A stretch of DNA of 64,000 bases. It comes from Oculina patagonica. Lineage: Eukaryota. The notes under the pieces are model-generated. The model was not told the DNA's origin and ran no database searches. It was given only the letters and a program-made list of their open reading frames with translations. The stretch is from positions 32,302,001 through 32,366,000 of the forward strand of contig NC_135763.1 of the NCBI RefSeq assembly GCF_052425735.1, read 5' to 3'. The position numbers were made by a program, and so were the translations under genes. Each line of letters begins with the position of its first letter. Position 1 is the stretch's first letter. Shown here piece after piece: positions 46,656-58,765 of the stretch.

Positions 46656-46925
46656 TTATTATACATACGTGCCAGTAGAAATACTGTATCCTTATTCTAA
46701 GCTTTTTACTTGTCTAAGTAAACCTTTTAAAAATACTCAGATGAATCAACCATTTGGTGCGTCTTTTCGAGATTGTTTCAGTGAAAGCACTTCTAATACC
46801 TACAAAACGATCCCCGTACTTCAACTTGTGAAATCCCTACCCTTTTAGATCTTTTACATACCTTCAGACTGAAAAAAGTACCCCTTTCGGACGGAGCCTC
46901 CTCGCATAGTCCACTATAAGCATTA
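45995..46925. mobile_element. Degenerate member of the 13367 MITE family, interrupted by a LINE
   Basis: Shares gaggtcccgccccgaagttc...cttacccttt and tgaaaaaagtacccctttcggacggagcctcc with 13367-13795. Confidence 0.7.
46124..46641 (+). mobile_element. 5'-truncated CR1-group LINE with (TAT)n tail
   Basis: VRPILE*AAPVW...IERVQKRA...L..LRERR...YDLRS reverse-transcriptase C-terminal motifs, one in-frame stop, microsatellite tail. Confidence 0.85.
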
Positions 46926-48097
46926 CCAGACTAGAGCCTTTCGACTCCCAAAGTCTATCACGAGACGCAAAAAATAACGTTAAAAATTGTCTGGTGAGCA
47001 CATCTTAAGTATTGAGAAGGAACATAAGTAAGTAAGTAAAAAAAAAAAAAATAAGTAAAATCTTTTTTAACGTGTCAGTGGGTTCAGTCTTTAACAGACA
47101 TCTTGATGAAAAGACTCAATATTTTTATTATGTTTCTATATACTCATCCAAACGCTCCGGGATTATTGTTTTCAAGGAACGAAAGATAAAAGTGCAGTTT
47201 TAGCGTTTTGCGATAAATCAAATAGGGCAATTATTTGAAAATAAAAAAAATTCGAAACAGGACATCAGGACGATTAATTAAATATCTCAACAACTCAACA
47301 CCCCACGGTGGGCTAAACTTAATTTGCCAACATGAATAGTCTTTGTTGGAAAAGCTGAAGGAAAGTGAGAAGACACTTTTTTAATTCTTTTTTATTTTTA
47401 ATTAAGACTCGCTTGAACCTGAAAACAATAAAAAAGTATTAAAAAAAAGGCCAACAATTTGGCTTTCTGTCGGATAAGGGTCGACTATTCTCTCTTTTTG
47501 CGGAAAATCTCAGTGATTGAAATTTACTAACCAGATTCTAGTAAACCACACGTTCTATTTTACACATTAGAATTCGCGATTTTCGCGAAAAGAAAGTTTT
47601 AACGTGAGAAAAGTGTTGAATTCAACAATAGACCATCTACGTAATTTCTTTTGTTTTTGCCAGTCGTCTAGCCGACAGGCAACTTTTACGAAATATTTCT
47701 TTTTATATACAGAGCGTTACTTCATCATGTGATCTAGAGTTTAATTACACAGACGCATCTTCATGGCCGAGAGTGTGTTTCGTTTTCGTGTTCGGGTAAG
47801 TCAGGTGAGATGATTGCAAAAGCACAATCAACTAAATCGAAGCAATTTGTAAAAAGAAACAAAGAAGGCCGTCCGCCATTCTTATGTTAAACGGCAGGTG
47901 ACGCGCTTTGCCGGTTAACAAAAGCCGGCGTTTTGAGGAACGGTCAACTAATTGTTGTGCCATGTTATGAGTTTTATTCAACAGTAGAACTACGTGAGTC
48001 CGGTACTTAAAACCTTTATGCGCGGGATTACATAAAATTCGGCAAGGATCTCAAGACGTTTGGTTGCTTCTGATAAGGAGCACTGACTATAGCAAGC

Positions 48098-49090
48098 ATG
48101 GAAGGACCTGCTGGAGCTACAGAAACAAGCTGCGAAAGCGACAAACATGTTAAATGTCCGATGTGCTGCAATACTGGAGGAAAACATCTTCCACAACCGA
48201 CTATCAACGAAAAACACAAGCAAAAGAATCAGGAGATACTGGAAAGGAAGCAAAAACTCTCTAACGCAGGGAGAAGAATGTCTCGGAAAATAAGCGAACC
48301 GGAGTCACACCATCTCGCTGCGAAATTTGCTTTGGAACGGCAACAACAGAAGAAAGTTGAAGTGTTTGATTCGCACGCTATTGACTTCACCGCGCAGTAC
48401 AGAGAATACGATGACCAGTCTGATATTTTTCTTCCGCGGCATCTAAAAAAGAGACAAAGTAGCCAGTCGCTAAATTTAAGCAAAGGCAAAGTGGAAGGCC
48501 ACGCCGACAAAAGACAAACGTCATATACCGCGGCAGACATTGGCGAGAAAGAGTCAGAAAGTGACGAAGACGGCGAAGATGTGTTGGATGCACTTCGCGA
48601 TGTGGAAGATTTGAGAAAGGCTTCACTCGCTTACGGAATTTTAGAACCGCAACGAAATTCACCACAACACGACACACTTAGAGCGTATTTCAAGTATCGA
48701 AAAGACAACATGGCTAAAGAGAACCGCCTGAAAAAAGTGCAGTCGAAGGCCCGGTTAAAAGAAGAGCAAGAAGCGGAAAATTCGCCCAGTATACTCCGGA
48801 AACCAATTGGTACCCGCACCGTCCTTCCTCCACTTCGAAAACTTAAGAGCGAATCCAAGTTAGGAACTAGGACAAATGTCATGGAATTAAACGATGTTCA
48901 CAACAAGGAAAGAACGAATAGAGAACGCCACGGAAAATTACCGAAAATTTCGCGCAGGAAAAGTAAAGGACGAGAAGAAAACAAAGGAAGAGATCCGAGA
49001 TTCCAGAAACTCATTTCTTGTTTGGTTCCTTTATCGGACAAATCCGGAATGTCGCCTCCTTTTACCAGGAAACGACATTATACAATGTAA
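48098..49090 (+). CDS. Uncharacterised charged protein, 330 aa
   Basis: Long ATG ORF followed by aataaa at ~49191; C-terminal DPRFQKLISCL; no domain recognised. Confidence 0.75.
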   Translation: MEGPAGATETSCESDKHVKCPMCCNTGGKHLPQPTINEKHKQKNQEILERKQKLSNAGRRMSRKISEPESHHLAAKFALERQQQKKVEVFDSHAIDFTAQYREYDDQSDIFLPRHLKKRQSSQSLNLSKGKVEGHADKRQTSYTAADIGEKESESDEDGEDVLDALRDVEDLRKASLAYGILEPQRNSPQHDTLRAYFKYRKDNMAKENRLKKVQSKARLKEEQEAENSPSILRKPIGTRTVLPPLRKLKSESKLGTRTNVMELNDVHNKERTNRERHGKLPKISRRKSKGREENKGRDPRFQKLISCLVPLSDKSGMSPPFTRKRHYTM

Positions 49091-50499
49091 TATTGACTGT
49101 CTGTAGAATCGAATCTTCGGGAAAGAAATGTTATTTCTTTGTATTTATAAAATAAGTTGCGTTAAATCAGATGTTCGTTACGCTGAACTAAATAAAGGAA
49201 TTCGAATATGGTCACTTAAATGCAAGCATTATTAAACAACATACTTTCGCAATGTTAATGATTTACAAGAGAGCGGGTTGAACAACGTCCAATTAAGGTA
49301 ATTGTAACTGCGAAGAAGTCCAAACAATTACCCAAAAGATTGTTTAGTTTAGGAAAAATAAACAAAATAATTTAGAATACCCATATCTGCCGTATACACG
49401 GATATTACATTGAAGTGTTTGAGTGTGTTCACGCGTAGTGTTTTTAAGCAAACGCTGATGAAAAAATAACTAACATTAAAGAGTTACGAAAACAATAGAT
49501 TGTGATTACATTCAGTACGCGGCGTTGTAATACAAAATCCTATTGAACGGTTATTGTGTTGTGATAATTGACTATGAATGGGAACTTGCAAATAATCTTC
49601 TTAACCTGTAATTTTTGTTAGCACTTAACCCGCAGCTGTATACGAGTTATTTCCGTCTTTCCAAACTGTTTACATCTTTGCGGTGAGTAAATATGTGCCA
49701 CTTTTTAAAATTTGAATGGTTTAGGCCCGAAATGAAGCCCTCTGCATGGACTTACGAAGAAACAGAACCATTTTAAAAGCAATAATAGATCGCACCATAC
49801 TAAACAAAGACAATTTGTCTTTTCAAACGGCCTCTTAATGATGGTTGGAAATAACACATGCATTCAGCTGATAGTTAACCAACTGGAAGGTGTAACGTCT
49901 TATTTTTATACAACAAAAGTAGCCAGTTTTAAGGGTTCACGGTCGAAATACAATATTTCTAACAACCTTTGTTAGGTGCCACAAAGTCTGTCAGAGTAGG
50001 TTGGTCTTTTGATTTCATTGTGAACTTTCAATACCGTCATGGACATAATCTCTTTAAACCTGTAATTTTGTTTAACACCCGATCAAGGATTTTAGAAGTT
50101 GTTTATTTGCTCGTCTCTGGTCAAACCTGTATTCTCTTTCTAACGGTAAATGGTTGAACAGACTGGAAACGAAACACGGTTCCATGAAAACTCGGTACGT
50201 GTGTTTTGGTCATATAACGTAAGAGAATGGGTCTTGTTGAAACTTCAATAGATCACAAAGCATTAAACAAAAGGCACAAGAATTCAAATGGCTCAAAGTG
50301 CGTTGGTTGTGACGCATACTTAGAGATATATGTCATTATGAAATGTAAGTTTTGAAGACGCCTTCTCAAACTCATTAATAATTCCTCAAGTTAAAACAAA
50401 GAAAATTATAACCGTGACGGTGGTTTGGAAACCCGATCTTAATTGGCATAGATTTTTACGATTTTATTTCTCCGTTTACTCCGTAGTTTTTGTTTCGAT

Positions 50500-50653
50500 T
50501 GAGAAGATATATCAAACACTCGAGACTGTGTTTCATCGGCTATCCAAACACCTCGAATTTCGTCAAAAATACTCCGCTGCGCGTCGTATTTTCAACTCTC
50601 TTCTCGGTGTTTGGATATCCCGATGAAACACTGCCTCTCGTGTTTGATATATT
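50500..50653. repeat. Hairpin-forming interspersed repeat end
   Basis: atatatcaaacac.cgaga..gtgtttcatcgg.tatccaaacacc pairs with ggtgtttggatatcccgatgaaacac...tcgtgtttgatatat. Confidence 0.7.
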
Positions 50654-50702
50654 ACACGAAGTCTGGTTGACCTGGTTTACTCATAGTCGAATTGCTTTTT
50701 AA

Positions 50703-51349
50703 GGACGTTCGCGCAAAAATTTTCTACTCGATAGATTTTTTAAAATTTTTACTGCGGCCTGATAATAAGTAACTTGTTTCAAGAATGTAAAAAAAAGTTG
50801 AGGTCACCGAATTTGTTTCAGAGATAAAACGTGTGGAAAACTACCCTGATTTTGAAAAAATGGCGCGCGAAATTCAGCAGTGTTTACAAGGCTTGTAGTT
50901 AATAATATCGAAAATAAGTGAACGGAGGCAAACGATTTTAGTCACATTTTGTAGAAGGGCGTCCGTTATGTAAATAATTTCGTGTTGACATCCTTTTGTA
51001 AGACTTAACCCTGAAAAAAGGCATTAAAAACTGTCGTTCGACAAAACGAAAAGCTCAAAAATCGTAATTCAAACGTCAGTCGGACAATAAAAACAAACGG
51101 CTTCCACTCGATAGATTTTTTTCATTTTCTCGCAAAACGTAGATATTAATCTACAAAAGCAATCCGTTAAGAAAAAAGTAGGGGTCACCGACCATTTAAG
51201 AGAGCAAACTCCAAGCGAAGTGAGAAGAACGGCCACCTTCCCTATATGTGCTTAGAAAGTTTTCTCAGCGCGCGCGCTCAATGTATGACGTGGCATGGCG
51301 TTGCGACATGAATTGCGTGCACAGTAAGGATGCGCATAAGCGAACGTCC
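50703..51349. mobile_element. Kolobok-like MITE, TTAA TSD
   Basis: ttaa|ggacgttcgc ... gcgaacgtcc|ttaa. Confidence 0.85.
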
Positions 51350-51526
51350 TTAATTCGTACGACCGCATTGCTACATAACATTTGGAAAATTATTTTATGA
51401 TTCGGCGAAGCAAGATGAAAACGACACCAGCTGTTTGTGCTCTATGTTGATACTCATTCGGTGGTATATGGTAAGTAGCAAGATTAAGACAATAAGACCG
51501 GAAAGTTTCATTTAGTTCAGACGCTA

Positions 51527-52013
51527 AGGCACGGGCCAAACGTCGAATTTCCCATAAAACGAACTAAACGGAGCAAATTAAGTTCATGATAAGTTCGCCG
51601 TTTGACTCAGTTGAGTTCGTCCGACTGAATTTAGATCGACCAACACGTAGCAGATGGTTAGAACGTGTGAAGATCAACTTGTTTCGACTTGGGACGTCGA
51701 TTTGTTTCCTCTGTTTCAGTGGCATGCCTGCAAACAAGCTATCTCGAAGCTAAGTGCATGACCACTATAAAAAAATATTTACATTTACATTACACATTTA
51801 CATTTTTTACATCTTTCCATGAAACGAAATAAATTTAAAAAAAAAAATTGGTATGTATATGTATTTTAAGCCTCGAAATAATCATTTTGCTGCTCTGAAT
51901 TTCAGGGTTCGACGAATTATGTTTGACGTTTGACGTCGAGCTTTTCCAGTTAGGGTCGACCAAAACTGCAATTTGGTTCGTCTCATGTGAAGTTCGACGT
52001 TTGGCCTGGGCCT
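51527..52013. mobile_element. Harbinger-like MITE
   Basis: TIRs aggcacgggccaaacgtcgaatttc / gaagttcgacgtttggcctgggcct. Confidence 0.7.
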
Positions 52014-52015
52014 TG

Positions 52016-52074
52016 CACTCTTTTTATTTTATAAGAATCTTGAAATTTGCGAATTTTTAAGAATATTTTAAGAA

Positions 52075-52107
<33 letters not shown>

Positions 52108-53133
52108 GTTTTTAGTTGAAACAAAATCAGGTATTTTCATTTCCGTCACTTAATCTCTGCGAGGAATGCTTTGTTTTAAAGCCAAAACGGCCAGGTTGCA
52201 ACGAAAAGCAATGGTACATGTGCACAACGTAACATGAAACATGATAATGACTGATAATGTTTCAGATTGAAATATTTCATTCCGCTGAAAGAGCTGTCAA
52301 CAAGACCATCTCAGGGGAGTTCCACAGCAGGACGCAAGGAACATTCAGGGCACGACTTTGGCTGGCGGGATTCGCGACCAAGTGCAAGTGCTTTGTTTAT
52401 AGACAACCATAAACGAACGCCAGAGAGACGGAACCACGCAGGCTAGACTTTTTTTAGACACATTTTGCTTATATATAGATTTTTTTCGCTCTATATTTGT
52501 AGATTCTAGTTTTTCTAAGTGTGTAAAGTATTTTTGTAACGTATTTTGGTGTATTTTATTGTAATTCTCGAATATATTAGCTGCTAAGATAATATTAATA
52601 ATATTATAACCTACTCTAAAATTTGAGAGAAACTGAAGTCTATGTAGGTATGTAACTGCTTGTTTTAAAAAGCAGTTGAGGCAGTTAAAAATCTAGAGCG
52701 TGAAAATATCCGTCTCTTAAAGGTTTTTGGTTCTCCTGACCAGGCATTTTGCATGCACCAAGAAACTTCATATTCTCTTGCACTTATCTTTAAGAATTGT
52801 ATAAGTTGAGCTTTCTTCCAGCTTGCAGACCAGTAGAGGAGGCATCCGTTGCTAGTTAAGTCAGTAGCCATTTCCTGTCTTTGGAAATGATATTTTTTCC
52901 AAGCATTTTTTGTTAAGCGCCCGAAAGTCATACATTAATAGTAGTTCTTGCATGGGTATGTTATAAAGATAAACAAAACAAGTGAGTAAGAACAAACCTG
53001 CATTTTCCAGAGTTAGCCTAAACAGGTCTTACTTCTTATTTCCCTGGCTTTTTAAGAAAATAAGAACCTGTTTCCAAATTTTAGGCTAACAGTTTCTTAA
53101 AAATTATGCTCTTACTCGCAGTTTTTACAGTGT
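52016..53133 (-). mobile_element. Decayed pogo/Tc1-mariner-like element
   Basis: Weak TIRs (cactc...ataagaa / ttctta...cagtg). Minus-strand 52660-52970 gives frameshifted peptides (PCKNYY, FPKTGN, YWSASWKK) reminiscent of a pogo DDE_1 C-terminus. Confidence 0.4.
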
Positions 53134-53391
53134 GCCTGCATACTTCTAAAATAGTGCCAAAAGTTATGAGACTATCTTAGTGTTTCGTGTTCATGAGAGA
53201 GTTCTTACTCGCCATTAAGACCCTTTTCGCCTACTTGAAAGCGTATTTTAAAAGTGCGCAACTGTACACTGTGTTTTTATATATTTATAAAATTTATTAG
53301 TACAGTATTTGTATTTATATTTACTGTGGAATTTACAACCTCTCTGCCGCTTCGCCACAAAGGGTAAGATGTTCTGCTTCAAGAAAGAAGT

Positions 53392-56300
53392 TTAAACAGA
53401 ACTCACGCACACGATAGTTTTCACACGTGAACCAGGATCGGTTCCAGTCTCTTCTCCTATGTCGTCTTGGTTCACAGTGACAGAGATTTCATCTATCGCA
53501 TCATTAAGCACCCAAGATTCGGACACTTCCTCCCTTGTTTCCTTCGTTTTAGTAAAGAGCAACAGAAAAGGAATACACGCGCCTGCGATTACCACAGCAC
53601 CAGACATGTAAAAAGCATGCGTGTAAGAGCCCAAGGTGTCAGCCATAAGGCCTGTAAAGAAAGATTCACCTATTACTCCATCCGGAATGCATATCCTACA
53701 TCCCTTTCATTTTCCCTCATTTCATTTATTTATTCCTATCCAAAATTACAAAGATAAATATAAAGCAAAACAAGTAGAAGAAGAGAAATGGAAAAGGGCA
53801 AAATATAGCAAGCTAATTTGATACCCTCGATTTAATAACAACAATGATTTAGGATAAAAAAGTTAAGTCAGGTTAACACAGAAGAGGAAGAGGTATGAAT
53901 TAATTAATACTGAGCAAAATAATACTGGTAAGGTGCGTTTTTAAAACGTTTTCTAGTTATTCAGAAAGTTTTCTAGTTATTCAGTTTGCTATAGTTGGCT
54001 TTGTCTATCTTGTTCGACAGTTACTTTAATCTTTGGTGTGCACAGTGATTGCCTTTTTGTAGATATGACAAAACCTTCAAAACTGTTAAAAAAAAAAACA
54101 TTATCTAAACCAACCTACCTGCTACTGGCGGACCGCTGGCCGCAAAGAACGAGCTGATTTGCATCTCCCAGCCAATAGCAACGGCGACTTTTGGCGGGCT
54201 AACACACGTGATAAGGAGGACATTAAGTGTTGTAATAAACACACCGTCACAGAACCCGTATATCACAATGAACACGACCATGCTGCCATAAGATGTAGCC
54301 ATGGTAACAACTAAAATTGACGTTCCCAGGACTAGCTCGGCCACTTGATAGACATATAACGTGTTCACTTTTTGGAAGTCACACAGCCGACCAGACACCA
54401 GTCTCCCGACACAAGAAGCGAGTCCATAATAGATGAAGAGTCGGGATGCTGCGTCAGCAAGAATTCCGATGTCTTCACAATATCGCACCTGAGAATCAAC
54501 GTACTAACATTAAAGTTCTCATTGACCAAAAGAAAGAAAAACATGCTAAGTTAAACTGCTATAGTTTTATCCACAGTCATGGTAGACAAAAAGTCCCCAC
54601 ACTGAAAATTTAATTCTGAAAACGCTTGGATAAGATGTACATCTTTCCGAAAGCTAAGCAGAACCAGATTAGACTAGACAAGAATGGACTGACTGCATTA
54701 GACTAGATGTGTCTAGACCAGGCAGACTAATCTGTCCTACAAAATACTACACTAGACTGGACTGGACAACGCTATACTATACTGGGTAGCCAAGAATTGA
54801 CTGGGTTATACTGAACTCACCCGGGACTAGACTACATGTACAAGTGTAGCTAAAGTCGTCTAGATTAGAATCAGAGACGCGACTCGACTAGAGTTAATTT
54901 GACTAAATTACACTAGGTAGAAGACTAGACAACACTACACTAGACTTGATTGGACAAGACTAGATTTGACTGGACAAGACTAAAATAGAGCAGATTTGAC
55001 TAGATTTAAAATAATAAGATTAGATAAGATTAGATTAGGCTGGACTAGCCTAGACTAAACTGGATTACTTAAGCAGTAAAGACTAGAACACACAAAACTG
55101 GACTAGTCTAACTTTAATTGACAAGTATAGGCTAAACTAGACTAGCTTTGAGAAGATAAGTCTAGACTAGATTATCTAGACTAGGCAAGACTAGGCTAGA
55201 TAAGACTAGACTATGAATAGACTAGAGCTGAGTAGGCTAAACTGGACCATACTAGACTAGAGTAGACTACACTACATTACAGTACACAAATCTATAATTC
55301 ATAACTCAAGCCTAAACCAGGCTGGACTAGAACGAACGAGATTAATCTAACCAGTTCTACCTGTATCTTTTTTGAAGTAGACTAGACGATAAACGAAGGC
55401 TAAATGCTAAACTAGTTTATACCGCACCATATTGGATAAGACAAGATTGACGAATACTAGACAAGACAACGAAACATGCCAACAGTTCTCTTTAGCTCAA
55501 TCCTCGCCTTACTTTCCTACCCTTAACCCCACTTGAAAATATATTTACCAAATGAATCTGCGGCACAAAATGACCAAACATCATGACAGATGCAGATATG
55601 GCTGTGGCTACAAATTTGGGTTCCTTCCACACTGTAATATAGACATGGCATCCTTTCTTCTCCTTTTCAGCCACTGAGGTCTCCCTCTCCACCCCTCCCT
55701 CATGTCCTTCCTGTTCTCTTCGGACGTCCTCTGCACTGCTGGTCTTTGCGTCTTCTTCAGAAACAGGGTTTTCAAGTTCTTCATTTTGTACGTTAGGACT
55801 GTAGGTGAGTCCAGACAGACACAACACTGGAACCACGCCGGCCATTATTCGGTAGGTGTTCTGCCAGCCAAAGGCGTCAATCATTGTCTGCAAAAGAGGG
55901 GCTAAAATAAGGACTCCTCCTCCTTGTCCGCATGCTATAATGCCAGTCGCCATTGATCGCCTTTTTCTGAAGTACTTACTAATAACATTGAGGCTCGCAG
56001 AGAATACACAACTAGTGCCAAAGCCGTAAAGAACACTATAGGTCAGATAAAGCATGCCAATGTTCTTCACCAGGGAGGAGAGGCCAAGGCTTAACGTGCA
56101 TAAGAATCCCCCGAGCAGGGTAGTGACGCGGCAGCCGAAACTTCTAACTAGTACCCCAGATAAGTGTCCACTGAAAAAGGTGAGCGCGATGCCAAGCGAA
56201 CCTACCCAGGCTGAAAAACAAAGTCACAAGTCAGCAGCAGAATTATCTTGCATTTAAAGTAGTGTACTGCCAATAAACATTTATATACTTTTTATATGCT

Positions 56301-58404
56301 AGATTAGAAAATATACAGTAGAACCCCGGTAACTCGAACTCGGATAACTCGAACAACCATGCTAACTCGAACAAACTTGCATTTCCCTTGAATTTGATCC
56401 CACTTTTCAGTCATTTTTACTCCGTTAACTCGAACTCGGATAACCGTCGAAAACCCCGCTGACTCGAACTAAATTTCGTTTCCCTTGATCAAAATTTGGG
56501 TCACATTAACGGGGGCGCTTTCCATTCGACCAAAAATTCCGGAAATTTCGGAACAAGGACGAATAGTACAGAAATTTCCTGGGAAAGTTTCCAGAAAATC
56601 CGGAAAGTGTTGTCTTTCCGAAATGCGAACCATTCAACCGGAAACCCCGGAAATTCCAGAAGCAAAATCAAATGGAACTGAAAGTTCCCGGAAATTGTTT
56701 TCGAAAATTTGGGTCTACCTTGCGAGGTTGTCCTCTTTTCCGGAAATTTTGGAAAAAGCTACCATTTTACACTCAGCCTAAGTTCCTTCGGCAGAAAATT
56801 TAGCGATTTGTGCAGCTGAAAGCAGTTACATGTGTTAAGGAAGCATTCTTGAAACTCCAAACAAAAAATTCAGGTGAACTCGGTTGTTTTTCGTTGATGT
56901 TTTGCAGGCGGCAGCAAAGAAATGTACAAATATTTATAACGCGCGTGTAGGCTACGCCATTGTTTTGCTCATTAAACTTTTTGGGTTGGCGACGTTTTCG
57001 TTGCTTGTAGTGTGCCTTTTTAAAGGTCCCTGTATTTGTGGCCACGATGTCATTCATGGCGTTTATTTTCAGTGCTCGGAATGCTTTTTATTTGCAAAAA
57101 TATCGAACTATATGTGCAGGAAACCGGCCACAAAGCATTAATTTAATTCACCGTAGAAATTTCCATATTAGACGCAATCTACTTCTGTCTTCTTTTATGT
57201 ACAACCTTGTCAAAGCAATTAAATTTTTTTTTAACTACTCAGCTCGTTTAGTTTATTTCTACTCTGAGTAGTTTTTTTGCCTATTTTAGTTAATTTATTT
57301 TATGCTGTAATTTATCTTCTATTTAATTTGGCAAAATAAAATGGTTGTTGTTGTTGTTAATCTGATCATATGCAAATTTTGTTTTGCCTTCCGTGCAGTC
57401 AACCGGAAAAGTAGGAAAATGCTGTTCTATTTGCCACTGGAATTTTCCGGAAACTCAAACCAGAATTTTTGGTCGAATGGAAAGCGCCCCCTGATAACTC
57501 GAATTCCGGTTCTTGCAACTCGCCACGGTTGCCTTTTGATTAGAGCAACGAACAGATCACGCATTTGAAAGCAAGTTTTAAATATTCAATCGACAGCGAT
57601 AACACGAAACCTCCCGATAACTCGAATTGTTTTTCGTTTCCCTTCAGAGTTCAAATTATCGACGTTCTACTGTAATTTGTATATTAAACACAGATCATCG
57701 TGGCATTAATATTGATATTTTTGCTCCCAGACGGTTTGTGAGTACAGTTAAACCAAATCACCTCAAATGACCTGATCTGTCGAAAACTGGTCGTCACTTC
57801 TCTGGGTGTCAGAGGTTTTTTGCGCGGTTTCCGGTGTCGGTCTAACCTGCGCACGCGATCAGGCGTTATTTTTTTCGCGGCGGAGGGGTCAAAGCCTGAT
57901 GGCAGGTTAGTGTCGGTCAAGTCTCGTAACTCAGCTCATTTCAGTATTACGGCTAACGACGGCTTTTTTGTTATTCCCGAGGTGGTGACTTGTGAGAGCT
58001 TTGACTGTACAGGCTACTGATTGTACGCTATTCATGGTCTAAGGATTGAGTTCGATTACCGAACGTTCGATTCACTACGCCAGAATTTTAAAACAGAGTA
58101 CCTCATATGAAATCAGATTATATTTAGCGGTTGTCAGCTTTGAGTAAAAAAAAGTTAGTAGCAAGCTTCAATTTCATTAGAGACGCAATGATAATGAATA
58201 GAGAGGAACCGAAATGCGACACGGACCGGATCGGTACTGTCTGAGCTTACCCGTTTTCTCTCTTGTTTCTTGAAAATAATCCATGAACACTGGAAAGAAG
58301 ATCCCAAAGCTGAATACAAAACCCATGGTTGCCAGCCAAGATAAAGTCGCCGAAAAACAGACAATCCAGGCCCACTTTCCATCCTGCACATGAGTTTGAG
58401 CCAT
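53392..58404 (-). CDS. Monocarboxylate transporter family (SLC16, MCT8/MCT10-like) MFS protein, 481 aa
   Basis: Exons 58404-58251, 56210-55549, 54488-54119, 53651-53392; GT-AG, phases 1,0,1, total 1446 nt. Motifs DGKWAWIVC, AWVGS, YFRKRRSMATG, GPPVAGLMAD. Confidence 0.92.
54650..55470. repeat. Degenerate (CTAGA)n pentamer satellite in SLC16 intron 2
   Basis: Dense actag/ctaga/ctgga units. Confidence 0.9.
56316..57672. mobile_element. Tc1/mariner-pogo type MITE, TA TSD, with nested insertions
   Basis: ta|cagtagaac...gttctactg|ta with repeated aactcgaa motifs. Confidence 0.8.
56511..57491. mobile_element. Nested Harbinger-like MITE
   Basis: TIRs gggggcgctttccattcgaccaaaaatt / aatttttggtcgaatggaaagcgccccc. 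Confidence 0.85.
57745..58007. mobile_element. Small TA-flanked MITE (second copy 60667-60929)
   Basis: ta|cagttaaa ... tttgactg|ta. Confidence 0.55.
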
Positions 58405-58590
58405 AATACACATACAAACTTGAAAATGTGTAATCCAATACACCTGGATACACTACAGGGGGCCCATACAAGCGGCGTGACTATTTGTATGTTCGAAATA
58501 TAAAGAAATGTATAAGGATTTTGAAAGCGTCTTATTATCGTTAACTTATTTCGAGTAATGTCTATGTTTAAGTTCAAAATAAACGTAAAC

Positions 58591-58765
58591 CTACCTCAAC
58601 TGTTGTATTTTGTCGTTTCTGCGGCTTAAAATGGCGAATTTGGGCGATTTGGAGGGTTTTGCGTTGACTGTTGCTTCACGTGCAACAGTCAACGCAAAAC
58701 CCTCCAAATCGCTCAAATTCGCCATTTTGAGCCGCAGAAACGACAAAATACAACAGTTGAGGTAG
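58591..58765. mobile_element. Near-perfect 175-bp palindrome upstream of SLC16 exon 1
   Basis: 84-bp arms with two mismatches around a 7-nt loop. Confidence 0.85.
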
